A DNA stretch of 64,000 bases from an uncultured Chloroflexia bacterium (GCA_963748625.1 CAVVJT010000010.1:608001-672000), one strand, 5' to 3'. Counted from the stretch's first letter, positions 27,445-38,900 are shown. Notes: generated by a model not told the origin, from the letters alone. Made by a program: numbers and translations.

Positions 27445-27843
27445 CTAGCGCTTGGTGTACTGCGGGGCCTTCCGGGCGCGCTTCAGGCCGTACTTCTTGC
27501 GCTCCTTCATCCGCGGGTCGCGGGTGAGGAGACCAGCCTGACGGAGCGGAAGCCGGTAGGTTGCGGGATCCGACTGCAGCAGGGCTCGGGCGATGCCGTG
27601 GCGGATCGCGCCCGACTGGCCCGTGGTGCCACCGCCGGAGACCTTGATCATGATGTTGTAGCGGCCCTCGGTCCCGGTCACCCGGAACGGGAGGAACAGC
27701 TCAACCTCGGCGAGGATTCCACCGAAGAAGTCCTCGGGAGTCTTCCCGTTGATGACCATCAGGCCCTCACCGGGGAGGAGGCGAACACGGGCAACCGCCG
27801 TCTTGCGGCGGCCGGTGCCCCAATAAAACGCAGGCGTCGACAT
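27445..27843 (-). CDS. rpsI: 30S ribosomal protein S9
   Basis: [30 protein letters not shown]. Confidence 0.98.
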   Translation of the reverse strand: MSTPAFYWGTGRRKTAVARVRLLPGEGLMVINGKTPEDFFGGILAEVELFLPFRVTGTEGRYNIMIKVSGGGTTGQSGAIRHGIARALLQSDPATYRLPLRQAGLLTRDPRMKERKKYGLKRARKAPQYTKR

Positions 27844-27856
27844 CAGGGCTCCTCGA

Positions 27857-28288
27857 TCAGGCGAGCGGCTCGGGCTTCTGGGCCTGATGCGGATGCTCAG
27901 CACCTGCATAGACCTTCAGCTTCCGAAGCTGCTGGGCTCCAAGGCGATTGTGGGGCAGCATCCCCTTGACGGTCCGGCGGATGACCTCCTCCGGCCGGCG
28001 GGCCAGGAGGTGACCCAGGGTCTCCTCCTTGAAGCCACCGGGGTAGCCGCTGTGGCGGGCGTAGACCTTCGACGTCAGCTTGTCGCGGGTCACGGTGATC
28101 CTCGCCGCGTTGACGACGATCACATGGTCACCCGTGTCCATGTGGGCCGCATAGGTGGGCTTGTTCTTGCCCTCGAGGACATGCGCGATCCGCGTCGCAA
28201 GGCGGCCGAGCGTCTCGTCCGTCGCGTCGACGACGTACCAGCGTCGCTCGATCTCGCTCTCCCGAGGCGTATAGGTCTTCGCGCTCAT
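27857..28288 (-). CDS. rplM: 50S ribosomal protein L13
   Basis: WYVVDA, LGRLA, HSGYPGG, KGMLP, HPHQAQ. Confidence 0.98.
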   Translation of the reverse strand: MSAKTYTPRESEIERRWYVVDATDETLGRLATRIAHVLEGKNKPTYAAHMDTGDHVIVVNAARITVTRDKLTSKVYARHSGYPGGFKEETLGHLLARRPEEVIRRTVKGMLPHNRLGAQQLRKLKVYAGAEHPHQAQKPEPLA

Positions 28289-29070
28289 TCCTCGTCTTCC
28301 TTGTCGTCCACCGGCCGCCGTCCGAAGGCGACGTGCCGGAGGCAGAGACCCTTCGCGGGTGCTGCTGCCCCTTTGAGGGCCGGCTCTGCGGCGATCAAGG
28401 CCGCCACAAGGGCCGTGTCATCGATTCTGCCAAGGCCGACCTCCAGGAGGCCGGCGACCATTCTCCTCACCTGTCCCCGGAGGAAGGCGTTCGCCCTGAC
28501 GTCGATCGTCACCAGGCGACCATCCTTCCGGACCCGGACCATGTGCACGGTCCGGACCGTGGACCGGCCCGTGATCCCGCCGAAGGGTGAGAAGTCATGG
28601 CGGCCCACGTAGGCCGTTGCGGCTCTCGCCATTGCGGCGACATCGAGTGGGGCCCGCACCCCGAGCGCCGTACGCTCGCGAAGCGGGCTTCGCGGCCCGT
28701 TCCAGACGGTGTAGCGGTACTCCCGGTACCGCGCCGCAAAGCGCGGGTGGAACCCGTCAGGCGCCCGTCGCAGGTCGCGGATCGCGACATCCGGCGGGAG
28801 CAGGCTGTTGATGGCCCGCTGGAGCGCCCGTTCCGCCACCGCGCCACCGTAGGTGAATGCGATCACCTGCCCGGTAGCGTGGACGCCGGCGTCCGTACGC
28901 CCCGCCCCATCGACCACGACCCGCTCGCCCCGGTTGAGGCGGGCGAGCGCGGTCTCGAGCTCTCCCTGGACCGTCCGGGCGTTCAGCTGGAGCTGGAACC
29001 CGGCCAAGTCCGTTCCGTCGTATTCACACCGGGCGCGATAGCGCGCCGGCGCGCCCTCTCGGACGCTCAC
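28285..29070 (-). CDS. truA: tRNA pseudouridine(38-40) synthase
   Basis: [24 protein letters not shown]. Confidence 0.96.
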   Translation of the reverse strand: MSVREGAPARYRARCEYDGTDLAGFQLQLNARTVQGELETALARLNRGERVVVDGAGRTDAGVHATGQVIAFTYGGAVAERALQRAINSLLPPDVAIRDLRRAPDGFHPRFAARYREYRYTVWNGPRSPLRERTALGVRAPLDVAAMARAATAYVGRHDFSPFGGITGRSTVRTVHMVRVRKDGRLVTIDVRANAFLRGQVRRMVAGLLEVGLGRIDDTALVAALIAAEPALKGAAAPAKGLCLRHVAFGRRPVDDKEDEE

Positions 29071-29083
29071 CAGATGGTGCTGG

Positions 29084-29440
29084 TCAGACCAGCTCGATCT
29101 GGACGATCTCGGCGGCGTCGCCCTTGCGCTGGCCGATGTGCACCAGACGGGTGTAGCCCGAGGTGCGGTCGGCGTACTTGGGGGCGATCACGTCGAACAG
29201 CTTCGCAACGACGAGCGGCTCGTTCGGGAACTCCGAGACGACCGTCCGCCGGGCCGCGAGGTCACCGCGCTTGGCGAGCGTGATCATCCGCTCGACCTGG
29301 CCACGGATCTCCTTGGCCTTGGCCTCGGTGGTCTGCACCCGCTCGTAGCGGAGGACCGAGACCGTGAGGTTCTTGTAGAGGGCGAGACGCGGCCCGGTCT
29401 TGCGTGAGAGCTTGCGCCCGTCGACCCGATGCGAGGACAT
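29084..29440 (-). CDS. rplQ: 50S ribosomal protein L17
   Basis: TTEAKAKE, GYTR, RKGDAA. Confidence 0.97.
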   Translation of the reverse strand: MSSHRVDGRKLSRKTGPRLALYKNLTVSVLRYERVQTTEAKAKEIRGQVERMITLAKRGDLAARRTVVSEFPNEPLVVAKLFDVIAPKYADRTSGYTRLVHIGQRKGDAAEIVQIELV

Positions 29441-29443
29441 GGA

Positions 29444-30445
29444 TCAGGACTCCTCGTCGTCGGCGAAGGGCTCGTCGGCCGCCTCGCCGTCCTCGTCGTA
29501 GTCGCCCTCAGACTCCGCCTCCGGGAGGATGAAGCCGCGCATGCGAAGGCGCTCCTTCATCTCGTCCAGCGACTTCTTGCCGAAGTTGCGCATGCGGAGG
29601 AGGTCGTCGTCCTTGAGCTGCAGCAGCTGGCCGACCTTGACGATGTTGTTGCGCTTGAGCGAGTTGTACGCCCGCATCGGCAGGTCCAGCTCCTCGATCG
29701 GCATGTCGAGCATGTTCGGAGGGAGCTGGGGCACGCCGGCCGACGTGCGGTCGGCGGGGGCGGCCTGGACACCGACGGTGACGAACGGCTGGAACTGTCG
29801 CACGAGCATGTCCGCGGAGCGCGAGAGCGCCTCCTCGGGAGTGATCGCGCCATCCGTCTCGATCTCGATCGTGAGCTTGTCGTAGTTGGTCATCTGGCCA
29901 ACACGCATGCTCTCGACCCAGTAGTTGACCTTCCGGATCGGGGTGAAGATCGCGTCGACCGCGATCACGCCGATCGGCAGGGCCTCCGAGCGCTCGGCGG
30001 CCAGGTAGCCGACGCCGCGCTCGACGGTCAGGTCCATCTCGATCGTCACATCGTCCGAGTCGATCGTCATGAGGACGAGCTCGGGATTGACGATCTCGAC
30101 GTCGGCGGACTCCGCGATGTCCGCGGCGATCACGGGGCCGGCGCCGCTCTTGATGAGGCGGAGCTGGACCGGATGGCTCGCGAAGCTCTTGAGGCGGAGC
30201 TTCTTGACGTTCAGGACGATCTGGGTGACGTCCTCCTTGACCCCGGGGATCGTGGAGAACTCCTGGTAGACGTCACGGATCTGGATCGACGTCACGGCTG
30301 CGCCCTCGAGCGAGGACAGGAGCACGCGCCGCAGCGCATTGCCCAATGTGACGCCGTAGCCGGCCTGCAGCGGACCGGCCTCGTACTTGGCGTACGTGCC
30401 CTGCTCTGCGACAGGCTCGATCTGCGGGGACTCGAGTTCGATCAT
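29444..30445 (-). CDS. rpoA: RNA polymerase alpha subunit
   Basis: GYGVTLGNALRRVLLSS, GVKEDV, DAIFTPI, RAYNSLKR, NFGKKS. Confidence 0.98.
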   Translation of the reverse strand: MIELESPQIEPVAEQGTYAKYEAGPLQAGYGVTLGNALRRVLLSSLEGAAVTSIQIRDVYQEFSTIPGVKEDVTQIVLNVKKLRLKSFASHPVQLRLIKSGAGPVIAADIAESADVEIVNPELVLMTIDSDDVTIEMDLTVERGVGYLAAERSEALPIGVIAVDAIFTPIRKVNYWVESMRVGQMTNYDKLTIEIETDGAITPEEALSRSADMLVRQFQPFVTVGVQAAPADRTSAGVPQLPPNMLDMPIEELDLPMRAYNSLKRNNIVKVGQLLQLKDDDLLRMRNFGKKSLDEMKERLRMRGFILPEAESEGDYDEDGEAADEPFADDEES

Positions 30446-30454
30446 GAAGGGCGA

Positions 30455-31081
30455 CTACCTCGAGTAGTACTCGACCACGAGCTGCTCGTTGAAGTCGAGC
30501 GGCATCTGGTCGCGACGCGGCAGGGCGAGGACGGAACCGCTGAGCTTCGCGGCGTCCAGGCTCAGCCAGTCCGGCGGCTGGTGCGACCGGATCGTCTCCT
30601 TGACGGTCTTGAAGAGCTCGCGCTCCTTGTGGGACTCGCGAACCTCGATCCGGTCACCGATCTTGAGGCTGTACGACGGGATGTTCGTCGGGGTGCCGTT
30701 CACCGCGAAGTGGCCATGGGCCACCATCTGGCGGGCGGCGGCACGGGACGGCGCGAAGCCGAGCCGGTACACGACGTTGTCCAGGCGCGCCTCAAGCTGG
30801 CGCAGGAGCGCTTCGCCGGTCACACCGGACTGGCGGGTGGCCTCAATGAAGTAGTTGCGGAACTGCTTCTCGAGGACGCCGTACACGCGGCGGACCTTCT
30901 GCTTCTCGCGAAGCTGCAGGCCGTAGTCGCCGACCTTGCGGCGACGAACGCCGTGCTGGCCGGGCGGCGTGGGCCGCTTCTCGAAGGAGCATTTCTTGCT
31001 GTAGCAGCGGCTGCCCTTGAGGAAGAGCTTGAGCCCTTCCCTGCGGCAAAGCCGGCAGACGGCGTCGGTATAGCGGGCCAT
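30455..31081 (-). CDS. rpsD: 30S ribosomal protein S4 (zinc-binding type)
   Basis: CRLCRRE, QLREKQK, RLDNVV, VVEYYSR. Confidence 0.98.
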   Translation of the reverse strand: MARYTDAVCRLCRREGLKLFLKGSRCYSKKCSFEKRPTPPGQHGVRRRKVGDYGLQLREKQKVRRVYGVLEKQFRNYFIEATRQSGVTGEALLRQLEARLDNVVYRLGFAPSRAAARQMVAHGHFAVNGTPTNIPSYSLKIGDRIEVRESHKERELFKTVKETIRSHQPPDWLSLDAAKLSGSVLALPRRDQMPLDFNEQLVVEYYSR

Positions 31082-31094
31082 ATTCTCTCGGTGC

Positions 31095-31490
31095 TCAGAC
31101 GCGGCGCCGCTTGGGCGGGCGGCATCCGTTGTGCGGGATGGGCGTGACGTCGGTGATGGCGCTCACTTCGAGGCCTGCGGCCTGGAGCGAACGGATCGCC
31201 TGCTCGCGACCAGCGCCGGGGCCTTTCACGTAGACCTCGACCTGGCGCATGCCGTGCTCCATGGCGCGTTTGGCGGCGCCATCCGCGGCAAGCGCGGCAG
31301 CATATGGCGTGCTCTTCCGGGAGCCCTTGAACCCGGCGATCCCTGCGGAACCCCACGAGATGACGTTCCCGGTGAGATCCGTGATCGTCACGATCGTGTT
31401 GTTGAAGCTCGCCTGGATATGGACGTGTCCCTGCGGGACGTTCTTGCGCTCCCGGCGCCGCTGCTTGACGGCGCGCTTCCGATCGGCCAT
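31095..31490 (-). CDS. rpsK: 30S ribosomal protein S11
   Basis: [25 protein letters not shown]. Confidence 0.99.
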   Translation of the reverse strand: MADRKRAVKQRRRERKNVPQGHVHIQASFNNTIVTITDLTGNVISWGSAGIAGFKGSRKSTPYAAALAADGAAKRAMEHGMRQVEVYVKGPGAGREQAIRSLQAAGLEVSAITDVTPIPHNGCRPPKRRRV

Positions 31491-31507
31491 GCCTTACCGG
31501 TTCCTCG

Positions 31508-31879
31508 TCACTTCTTCTTGCGGGCGCCGACCGTCTTCTTCGGCCCCCGGCGCTGTCGGGCGTTGGTCTTGGTGCGCTGCCCGCGCACCGGGAGATTGCG
31601 GCGATGCCGGAGGCCGCGGTACGACCCGATCTCGATGAGGCGCTTGATGTTGAGCGCCACCTCGCGACGGAGGTCACCCTCGACCTTGTGCGTGCGGTCG
31701 ATCACTTCGCGAAGCCGGTTGACCTGGTCTTCGGTGAGATCGCGGACACGCGTGTCCGGGTTGATGTTGGTCTGCTTGAGGATCTTCTGGCTCGAGCTGA
31801 GCCCGATCCCGAAGATGTACGTGAGGGCGATCTCCACGCGCTTCTCGCGCGGGATATCGACACCGGCGATACGAGCCAT
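31508..31879 (-). CDS. rpsM: 30S ribosomal protein S13
   Basis: [23 protein letters not shown]. Confidence 0.99.
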   Translation of the reverse strand: MARIAGVDIPREKRVEIALTYIFGIGLSSSQKILKQTNINPDTRVRDLTEDQVNRLREVIDRTHKVEGDLRREVALNIKRLIEIGSYRGLRHRRNLPVRGQRTKTNARQRRGPKKTVGARKKK

Positions 31880-31883
31880 CGCG

Positions 31884-31997
31884 TCAGCCCTGCCGCTGCT
31901 TGTGCTTGGGATTCTCGCAAATGACCATCACGGTGCCGTGGCGCCGGATGACCTTGCAGTTGTCACACCGCGTCTTGACGGACGCTCTGACCTTCAC
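31884..31997 (-). CDS. rpmJ: 50S ribosomal protein L36 (zinc-binding; not in the ORF track)
   Basis: Manual translation from GTG: [37 protein letters not shown]. Confidence 0.98.
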   Translation of the reverse strand: MKVRASVKTRCDNCKVIRRHGTVMVICENPKHKQRQG

Positions 31998-32010
31998 CGG
32001 GTTCCTCGAT

Positions 32011-32229
32011 CTACTTCAGGCGGTAGGTGATGCGACCCCGAGTGAGGTCGTAGGGAGAGAGCTCGACACGGACCCTGTCGCCGGGCAGGATCCGGATGAA
32101 GTTCATCCGGAGCTTGCCGCTGATGTGCGCGAGAACGCGATGGCCGTTCTCCAGCTCCACTGCGAACATGGTGTTCGGCAGCGGCTCGATGACGGTTCCT
32201 TCGACTTCGATCGCGTCCTTCTTCGCCAA
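32011..32229 (-). CDS. infA: Translation initiation factor IF-1
   Basis: TTG start after AGGAG; [27 protein letters not shown]. Confidence 0.98.
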   Translation of the reverse strand: MAKKDAIEVEGTVIEPLPNTMFAVELENGHRVLAHISGKLRMNFIRILPGDRVRVELSPYDLTRGRITYRLK

Positions 32230-32291
32230 CTGTGCTCCTGGGTCCTTCTCAGCATGAATGTCGACCCGGGCGGGCCGACACACGAACGGTG

Positions 32292-32320
32292 AGGATATCA
32301 AAGGCGCGCCGATCCGACAA
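32292..32320 (-). promoter_or_regulatory. Internal promoter for the infA-rpmJ-rpsMKD-rpoA-rplQ cluster
   Basis: TTGTCG (32320-32315), 17 nt, TATCCT (32297-32292), with an extended TG. Confidence 0.6.
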
Positions 32321-32332
32321 CACCGTACTCCT

Positions 32333-33121
32333 CTAGACGGTCGTCAGGATCTCCGGCCCGTTGGCCGTGATCGCAATGGTGTGCTCGAAGTGGGCTGCCA
32401 GCGACCCATCCGCGGTCACCACGGTCCACCCGTCAGGCAGCACCGTGGTCGCCTCGGAGCCGATCATGAACATCGGCTCGATGGCCAGGCACAGCCCCGT
32501 CTCGAGCTTGGCGCCCGGCCGGCCGGTACGGAAGTTCGGAACGGACGGATCGTCGTGCATGTTCGTTCCGATGCCGTGCCCGGTGTACCCGCGCACGATC
32601 CCGTAGCCACGCTCGAGCGCAACGTCCTCGACGGCGGCGCCGATATCCCCGATGTGGCTGCCCGGCTGGGCGGCAGCAATGCCGGCCATCAGGCCGAGGC
32701 GCGTCGACTCCACGAGGCGCACCGCCTCAGGGCTGCCGGCCGCGTCACCGCCGCAGATGAAGCTGCGGGCGCCGTCGCCATGCCAGTCGTTGTAGATCAC
32801 GCCCACGTCCACCGACACGATCTGGCCGGCAGCGATCTTCCGGTCGCCCGGGATGCCGTGCACGATCTCGTGATCGAGGGAGATGCAGGTGGATGCCTTG
32901 TACGCCCGCGGATCGCGCGCATCGTAGCGCCGGCCCCCCAGGTAGCCCAGGAACGACGGTATGCCCTTGCTGGCCCGGATGTGGCGCTCCGCCATGCGGT
33001 CGATCTCCGCGGTGGAGATACCGGGCTGCAGCGTCTCCTCGACCAGTGCCAGCACCTCGGCCACGATCCGCCCTGCGGACCGCATCTTCGCGATGTCGGA
33101 CGTGGAGTGGCGCTTGATCAT
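32333..33121 (-). CDS. map: Methionine aminopeptidase type I
   Basis: HGIP, DVGV, HGD, GHGIG, IEPM, AAHFEHT. Confidence 0.97.
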   Translation of the reverse strand: MIKRHSTSDIAKMRSAGRIVAEVLALVEETLQPGISTAEIDRMAERHIRASKGIPSFLGYLGGRRYDARDPRAYKASTCISLDHEIVHGIPGDRKIAAGQIVSVDVGVIYNDWHGDGARSFICGGDAAGSPEAVRLVESTRLGLMAGIAAAQPGSHIGDIGAAVEDVALERGYGIVRGYTGHGIGTNMHDDPSVPNFRTGRPGAKLETGLCLAIEPMFMIGSEATTVLPDGWTVVTADGSLAAHFEHTIAITANGPEILTTV

Positions 33122-33123
33122 CG

Positions 33124-33804
33124 TTACGTCGTGCGCCCCGCGAGCGCAGGGATGCCGCGTTCGCGCAGCGCCTCCCCGATCGCCGCACCGACCTCGTGGA
33201 TGCCCGAGAGCCCGTTGACGGATGCCATCACGCCCGAGCTCCGGTAGTGCTCGATGACCTCGGCGAGCGCGCCGAGCTGCTGGTCGAGGCGGGCCCGGAT
33301 GGTCTCCGGCCGGTCATCGGCCCGCTGGTACAGCTCGGAGCCGTCGAGGTCGCAGACACCGGCCGTCTTGGGTGGGCTGGAGACGTCGTGATAGAGATGG
33401 CCGGAGGCACGGCAGATCCAGCGGCCGGACATGCGCCGGACCAGCTCCTCCGCCGGCACATCGACGAGCACCGCGGCCGACACGGCAGCGCCGCGCTCAG
33501 CGAGGGCGACGTCGAGTGCCTTGGCCTGGACGCCAGTTCGCGGAAACCCATCCAGGATGACACCGGCAGAGGCGTCGGGGCGGGCCAGGCGATCGAGCAG
33601 CAGCTTGACCGTGATCTCGTCGGGGACGAGCTGGCCCGCGTCCATGTAGCGGCGCGCTTCGAGACCCAGGGGCGTACCGTCGCGCACGGCGGCCCGGAAG
33701 ATGTCCCCGGTGGCGACCACCGGGATCCCGAGCCGTGCCGCGAGCAGCGGAGCCTGGGTGCCCTTCCCTGCGCCTGGGGCGCCAAGGAGGACGACCACAT
33801 TCAC
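33124..33804 (-). CDS. adk: Adenylate kinase
   Basis: GAPGAGKGTQ, GQLVPD, LDGFPR, QRADD. Confidence 0.98.
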   Translation of the reverse strand: MNVVVLLGAPGAGKGTQAPLLAARLGIPVVATGDIFRAAVRDGTPLGLEARRYMDAGQLVPDEITVKLLLDRLARPDASAGVILDGFPRTGVQAKALDVALAERGAAVSAAVLVDVPAEELVRRMSGRWICRASGHLYHDVSSPPKTAGVCDLDGSELYQRADDRPETIRARLDQQLGALAEVIEHYRSSGVMASVNGLSGIHEVGAAIGEALRERGIPALAGRTT

Positions 33805-35078
33805 CGGATGAAACCCTCGTACTGCCGGATGAGCAGCTGGGCCTCAAGCTGCTTCATCGTCTCGACGACGACGGAGACAACGATGAGGATGCCCGTGCCA
33901 CCCAGGGCGATGTTCTGGAACTCCGGTCGGACGAGGCTGATGAAGGGGGGCAGGGCCGCGACGACGCCAAGGAAGATGGCGCCTGCCACGGTGATCCTGG
34001 TGACCACCCTCGCCAGGTAATCCTGCGTGGGACGCCCCGGCCGGATGCCGGGGATGAAGCCGCCGTTCTTCCGCAACTGCTCGGCGGTCTCGTCCGGCTT
34101 GAACGTGAACGCCGTGTAGAAGTAGGTGAAGCCGACGGTCAGGAAGAAGTAGAGCGCGACGTACAGCCACGACCGGCTGCCCAGGAGGTTGACGACCGCA
34201 TTCGCGATGTCCCCAACCAGCCCCCCGGCAGTGGTGAAGTAGCTCGCGATCTGGCTCGGGAAGAGCAGGATGCTCACCGCGAAGATGATCGGGATGACGC
34301 CTGCCTGGTTGACCCGGAGCGGCAGGAAGGTCTGGCCTCCCTGGTACATGCGCCGGCCCCGCACGCGCGACGCGTACTGGACCGGGATCCGCCGCTGGCC
34401 CTCCTGGATGTAGATGATCGTCGCGACCGCAGCGATCGCCAGGATGGCGAAGAGGACGATCTTCGCAAGGTCCGGGTTCTCCACGAACGACACCAGCGCT
34501 GCGGGGGTCCGCGACACGATGCCCGCGAAGATGATGAAGCTGATGCCGTTGCCGATCCCCTTCTCCGTGATCAGCTCGCCCAGCCACATGAGCGTGATCG
34601 AGCCGGCGGTGAGGGTGGCGATCTGGGTCCAGGTCTCCCAGCTGCCGAAGTCGAACGGCGTCGCAAGCACGCCGTTGACGTTGAGCAGGGCCATGAAGCC
34701 GTACGCCTGGAGCAGCGCCATCGGCACCGAGAGGTACCGCGTGTACTGGTTGATCTTGGTGCGCCCGTACTCACCCTCGCGCTGCAGCGCCTGGAGCGAC
34801 GGGACCACGCCCGTCATCAGCTGCATGATGATCGAGGCGTTGATGTACGGGTTCACGCCCAGCGCCACGACCGAGAAGCTGGTCAGGCCGCCGCCGGAGA
34901 ACAGGTCGAGCAGGCCGAAGATCGCGTTCTGGTCGAGGAAGCTCGCCAGCTGGTCGCGGTCGATGCCCGGCACGGGGACGTGCGCGAGCAGCCGGAAGAC
35001 CAGGAGGATCCCGGCGACATAGAAGATCCGGCGCCGGAGGTCCGGCGCCCGGAATGCGTTGAGCAGGCCCTCGAACAC
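33801..35078 (-). CDS. secY: Preprotein translocase subunit SecY
   Basis: PYINASII, GIGNGIS, AGVIPIIFA, FIPGIRPG. Confidence 0.99.
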   Translation of the reverse strand: MFEGLLNAFRAPDLRRRIFYVAGILLVFRLLAHVPVPGIDRDQLASFLDQNAIFGLLDLFSGGGLTSFSVVALGVNPYINASIIMQLMTGVVPSLQALQREGEYGRTKINQYTRYLSVPMALLQAYGFMALLNVNGVLATPFDFGSWETWTQIATLTAGSITLMWLGELITEKGIGNGISFIIFAGIVSRTPAALVSFVENPDLAKIVLFAILAIAAVATIIYIQEGQRRIPVQYASRVRGRRMYQGGQTFLPLRVNQAGVIPIIFAVSILLFPSQIASYFTTAGGLVGDIANAVVNLLGSRSWLYVALYFFLTVGFTYFYTAFTFKPDETAEQLRKNGGFIPGIRPGRPTQDYLARVVTRITVAGAIFLGVVAALPPFISLVRPEFQNIALGGTGILIVVSVVVETMKQLEAQLLIRQYEGFIR

Positions 35079-35084
35079 GGCCGG

Positions 35085-35630
35085 CTAGCCGTTGTCAGCC
35101 GCGTCGGCCACGGCCTCGGGCACAACGCCCAGGGCCGCCGTGGGCTCGCTCGGGATCTCGATCACCTGCGCAGTGCCGCCGGCGGCCTCGATCTTCTCGC
35201 GGGCGCTCTTGGTGAACGCGTCTGCGAGCACGAACAGCGAGACCGTGACCTCGCCGTGACCGAGCACCTTGAGCGGGAAGCGGTCGCGGCGCACCAGGCC
35301 TGCAGCCTTGAGCGTGTCGGTGTTCACCGTGATCGGTGCGCCACCCTCGCTCACGAGCTTGCCCGCCTCAACGGCAGCGCTGATCGCACCGACGTTGACG
35401 ACCTCGTACTCGACGTCGTTGATGTTGCGGAAGCCGCGCAGCTTCGGGATCCGGATGTGGATCGGGGTCTGGCCGCCCTCGAACCAGGCCGGGATCGAGG
35501 CGCCGGCGCGCGAGCGCTGGCCCTTCGTGCCACGGCCTGCGGTCTTGCCCTTGCCGGCCGCGATACCGCGTCCGACCCGGGTCTTCTTGGTGACCGACCC
35601 CTCCGCGGGGTGAAGGTCGTGGATCTTCAT
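35085..35630 (-). CDS. rplO: 50S ribosomal protein L15
   Basis: RVGRG, GRGTKGQ, FEGGQTP, KIEAAGG. Confidence 0.98.
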   Translation of the reverse strand: MKIHDLHPAEGSVTKKTRVGRGIAAGKGKTAGRGTKGQRSRAGASIPAWFEGGQTPIHIRIPKLRGFRNINDVEYEVVNVGAISAAVEAGKLVSEGGAPITVNTDTLKAAGLVRRDRFPLKVLGHGEVTVSLFVLADAFTKSAREKIEAAGGTAQVIEIPSEPTAALGVVPEAVADAADNG

Positions 35631-35842
35631 CAGTTCTTCTCCGCGGTCGTCGTGCCCTCGGGGAGCTCCTCGACGGTCACGAGGAACCGGACCTGGCGGA
35701 CCATCCCACGGACAGCGGGGTTGTCCGGCAGGATCGACGAGCTGCCGATGCCATGCAGGCCCAGCGCCCGGATTGTCGCCCGGTTGCGGTGGATGTGGCT
35801 GATCGTGGACTTGGTCTGGGTGACCTTCAGGCTACCGGCCAT
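35630..35842 (-). CDS. rpmD: 50S ribosomal protein L30
   Basis: [22 protein letters not shown]; position between rpsE and rplO. Confidence 0.95.
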   Translation of the reverse strand: MAGSLKVTQTKSTISHIHRNRATIRALGLHGIGSSSILPDNPAVRGMVRQVRFLVTVEELPEGTTTAEKN

Positions 35843-36374
35843 CGGCAGCCTCCTTCCCGAACGCCGCCGCCTGGCCGGGGACCGACAGGTGGAGCTTGAC
35901 GCCGCGCTGGCGCTCGAGCTCCTCCACGGAACGGAGGCTCGTGAGTGCGTTCAGGGTGGCGCGAGTCACGTTCACCGGGTTGGTGGAGCCGTGGACCTTG
36001 GCCAGGATGTCGTGGACACCCGCCGCCTCGACGACGGCGCGGACGGCGCCGCCGGCGATGACGCCGGTTCCCTTGGAAGCCGGCTTGAGCAGCACCCTCG
36101 CGGCGCAGTACTCCTCGCGGACCTCGTGCGGGATCGTCGTCCCGAACATCGGGATCTTGACGATGTGCTTCTTCGCGTCCTCAACACCCTTGCGGATGCT
36201 CTCGGGCACGTCGCCGGCCTTGCCCAGGCCGACGCCCACATGGCCGTTGCCGTCGCCCACGACGATGACCGCCGAGAAGCTGAAGCGGCGACCGCCCTTG
36301 TGGACCTTGGCGACGCGGTTGATCTGGACGACGCGCTCCTCGAGCGCGAGCTTGCTGGGGTCGATACGGGCCAC
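35832..36374 (-). CDS. rpsE: 30S ribosomal protein S5
   Basis: [20 protein letters not shown]. Confidence 0.98.
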   Translation of the reverse strand: MARIDPSKLALEERVVQINRVAKVHKGGRRFSFSAVIVVGDGNGHVGVGLGKAGDVPESIRKGVEDAKKHIVKIPMFGTTIPHEVREEYCAARVLLKPASKGTGVIAGGAVRAVVEAAGVHDILAKVHGSTNPVNVTRATLNALTSLRSVEELERQRGVKLHLSVPGQAAAFGKEAADGR

Positions 36375-36383
36375 AGGCGTCTC

Positions 36384-36749
36384 CTAGAAGTCGAGGCCGG
36401 CCTCGCGGGCCGCCTCGGCGAGCGAGCGGACCCGCCCGTGGTACTGGAAGCCCGCCCGGTCGAAGACGACCTTGCCCACGCCCGCAGCCTTGGCACGCTC
36501 TGCGATGAGCTTGCCGACGGCCTTCGCATCGTCCGTCTTGGTGCCCGACGCGTCCTTGAAGGACGCGTCGCGCGAGGACGCCGCGGCCAGCGTGGTACCG
36601 CTGGTGTCGTCGATGACCTGGGCGTAGATGTGGCTGAGGCTGCGGAACACGGCGAGGCGCGGACGCTCCGTCGTGCCTGCGAGGCGCAGGCGGATCCGCT
36701 CGTGGCGCTTGACGCGCGATGCCGAGCGGCTGGCAACGATCTTCTTCAT
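36384..36749 (-). CDS. rplR: 50S ribosomal protein L18
   Basis: [24 protein letters not shown]. Confidence 0.98.
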   Translation of the reverse strand: MKKIVASRSASRVKRHERIRLRLAGTTERPRLAVFRSLSHIYAQVIDDTSGTTLAAASSRDASFKDASGTKTDDAKAVGKLIAERAKAAGVGKVVFDRAGFQYHGRVRSLAEAAREAGLDF

Positions 36750-36752
36750 GGG

Positions 36753-37304
36753 CTACTTCTTCCCGCCGATCTTGCCGGCCTTGCCGGCCTTGCGGCGGAC
36801 CTTCTCGCCGGCGTACCGGACACCCTTGCCCTTGTAGGGCTCGGGCTTCCGGGTCGCACGGACCTTGGCCGCGATCTGGCCGACCAGCTCCTTGTCGATA
36901 CCGACGACCGCCAGCTTGAGGGGGGTCTCCAGCTCGAAGCTGATGCCCGCGGGCGGCACGATCTCGACCGGATGGCTGTAGCCGAGCGCCAGCTGGAGGT
37001 TGTCCCCAATCTTCTGCGCGCGATAGCCGACGCCGATGATCTCGAGGCCCTTGCGATAGCCGGTGGTCACACCGACGACCATGTTGTTGACGAGGGTGCG
37101 CGTCAGGCCGTGCAGGCTCTTGTCGAGCTTGTTCTCGGTCGGGCGGACAACGTTGATCACGTCGCCCTCACGCTCGAGCTCGATGCGCGGCGGGAGCTGG
37201 CGCGTGAGGGTGCCCTTGGGCCCGGTCACGGTGATGATGCGCCCGTCGAGCGTGACGTCCACGCCCGCCGGAACGGTGATGGGAAGGCGACCGATTCGTG
37301 ACAT
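36753..37304 (-). CDS. rplF: 50S ribosomal protein L6
   Basis: [19 protein letters not shown]. Confidence 0.99.
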   Translation of the reverse strand: MSRIGRLPITVPAGVDVTLDGRIITVTGPKGTLTRQLPPRIELEREGDVINVVRPTENKLDKSLHGLTRTLVNNMVVGVTTGYRKGLEIIGVGYRAQKIGDNLQLALGYSHPVEIVPPAGISFELETPLKLAVVGIDKELVGQIAAKVRATRKPEPYKGKGVRYAGEKVRRKAGKAGKIGGKK

Positions 37305-37312
37305 CGCTCGCC

Positions 37313-37711
37313 CTACCAGACGTACGCGAGGATCTCGCCGCCGAGCTGGGCCTGCTTGGCCTGGCTGCCGGTCATGATCCCCTTGCTGGTGCTGACGATC
37401 ACGATGCCCAGGCCGCCCAGAACCCGCGGAATGTCCGTCTTCTGCGCGTAGACGCGCAGACCCGGCTTGCTGATCCGCTTGAGACCTGAGACGACCGGCA
37501 CCTTGCCGTCGACATACTTGAGCTGCAGCCGCAGGATGCTGCCGGGTCCGTCGCGCTCCTCGCGGACGTCGGCGATGAAGCCTTCCTCCTTGAGGATCCG
37601 CGCGATCTCGCGCTTGGTGCGCGAGGCCGGGACCACGACCTCCGTATGGCGCGCCCGGGACGCGTTGCGGACACGCGTGAGCATGTCCGCGATCGGGTCG
37701 GAGACGTTCAT
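37313..37711 (-). CDS. rpsH: 30S ribosomal protein S8
   Basis: [23 protein letters not shown]. Confidence 0.98.
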   Translation of the reverse strand: MNVSDPIADMLTRVRNASRARHTEVVVPASRTKREIARILKEEGFIADVREERDGPGSILRLQLKYVDGKVPVVSGLKRISKPGLRVYAQKTDIPRVLGGLGIVIVSTSKGIMTGSQAKQAQLGGEILAYVW

Positions 37712-37715
37712 CTTC

Positions 37716-37901
37716 TTACCAGCTCGACTTCGTGACGCCGGGCAGCTCGCCGACAAGCGCGCGCTCGCGGAAGCAGATGCGGCAGAGAGCGAAGCGGCGC
37801 ATATACGCCCGCGGGCGGCCGCACACGAAGCAGCGGTTGTACCCCTGCACCGGATGCTTAGGCTCGCGCTTGGCTTTCGCGATCATGGACTTCTTGGCCA
37901 T
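37716..37901 (-). CDS. rpsZ: 30S ribosomal protein S14, short zinc-binding type Z
   Basis: [25 protein letters not shown]; 61 aa. Confidence 0.97.
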   Translation of the reverse strand: MAKKSMIAKAKREPKHPVQGYNRCFVCGRPRAYMRRFALCRICFRERALVGELPGVTKSSW

Positions 37902-37920
37902 CTGGACTCCTCCCCGCGCC

Positions 37921-38463
37921 CTAGCCGGCGAAGGGCATGCCGAGGAGTTCAAGAAGCTTCTTGCTCTCCTCGTCGGTCTTCGCCGTCGTCACGATGCTGA
38001 TCTCCAGCCCGCGGAGACGGTCAACCTTGTCGTAGTCGATCTCGGGGAATGCAAGCTGCTCCCGGAGACCCAGCGAGTAGTTGCCGCGGCCGTCGAACGA
38101 CTTGCCCGGCACGCCCCGGAAGTCACGGATGCGCGGCAGCGCAATCCGCGTGAGGCGCTCCAGGAAGTCCCACATCCGCTCGCCGCGAAGGGTCACCTTC
38201 ACGCCGATCGGGTTGCCGGTCCGGACCCGGAACTGGGCGATGGAACGCTTGGCGCGGGTGACGATCGGCTTCTGGCCCGTGATGAGCTGGATGTCGCCGA
38301 CCGCAGCGTCCACGGCCTTCGCGTTCGTCAGTGCCTCGCCCAGGCCGATGTTGACGACGATCTTCTCGAGGCGCGGAACCTGCATCGGGTTCGTGTAGCC
38401 GAACTGCTTCCGCAGCGCGGGCACCGCCTCGTTGGTGTACTTGTCCTTCAGCTGCCCGCTCAC
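37921..38463 (-). CDS. rplE: 50S ribosomal protein L5
   Basis: [28 protein letters not shown]. Confidence 0.99.
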   Translation of the reverse strand: MSGQLKDKYTNEAVPALRKQFGYTNPMQVPRLEKIVVNIGLGEALTNAKAVDAAVGDIQLITGQKPIVTRAKRSIAQFRVRTGNPIGVKVTLRGERMWDFLERLTRIALPRIRDFRGVPGKSFDGRGNYSLGLREQLAFPEIDYDKVDRLRGLEISIVTTAKTDEESKKLLELLGMPFAG

Positions 38464-38900
38464 GCCTTCACCTCGATCGGCTCGCCGCAGTGGCCGCAGG
38501 TGCGGACCCGGGAGCCGTTGTCCAGCGTGCGATGGCCGATCCGGGTGGGCTTGTCGCAGGAGCTGCAGACAATCATCACGCGGTTGGCCGGCAGGGGCAT
38601 CGTGTGGTCGAGGATGCCGCCCGGATCGACCGTCGGCATGGACCCGATGCCACCCGTGCTGCGCTGGCGCGGCTTGGTGTGCTTGCGGGCGATGTTCACG
38701 CCGTCCACGACCACGTACACGCCACCCTTGAGGGAGACGCGACGGTAGCCGGAACGGACCGGGGACGGGGACGGATCCCGGCGGATCACCTGGGTGACCT
38801 TGCCGCGCTTGCCGGCGTCCTTGCCGGCGAGCACAACCACGGTGTCACCCTTGCGGATCTCGGGGACCTTCGTCTGGTGCTCGATCGGACGCGCGGCCAT
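38460..38900 (-). CDS. rplX: 50S ribosomal protein L24 (with insertions and a C-terminal Cys4 motif)
   Basis: [19 protein letters not shown] (KOW), CSSC and CGHC. Confidence 0.95.
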   Translation of the reverse strand: MAARPIEHQTKVPEIRKGDTVVVLAGKDAGKRGKVTQVIRRDPSPSPVRSGYRRVSLKGGVYVVVDGVNIARKHTKPRQRSTGGIGSMPTVDPGGILDHTMPLPANRVMIVCSSCDKPTRIGHRTLDNGSRVRTCGHCGEPIEVKA

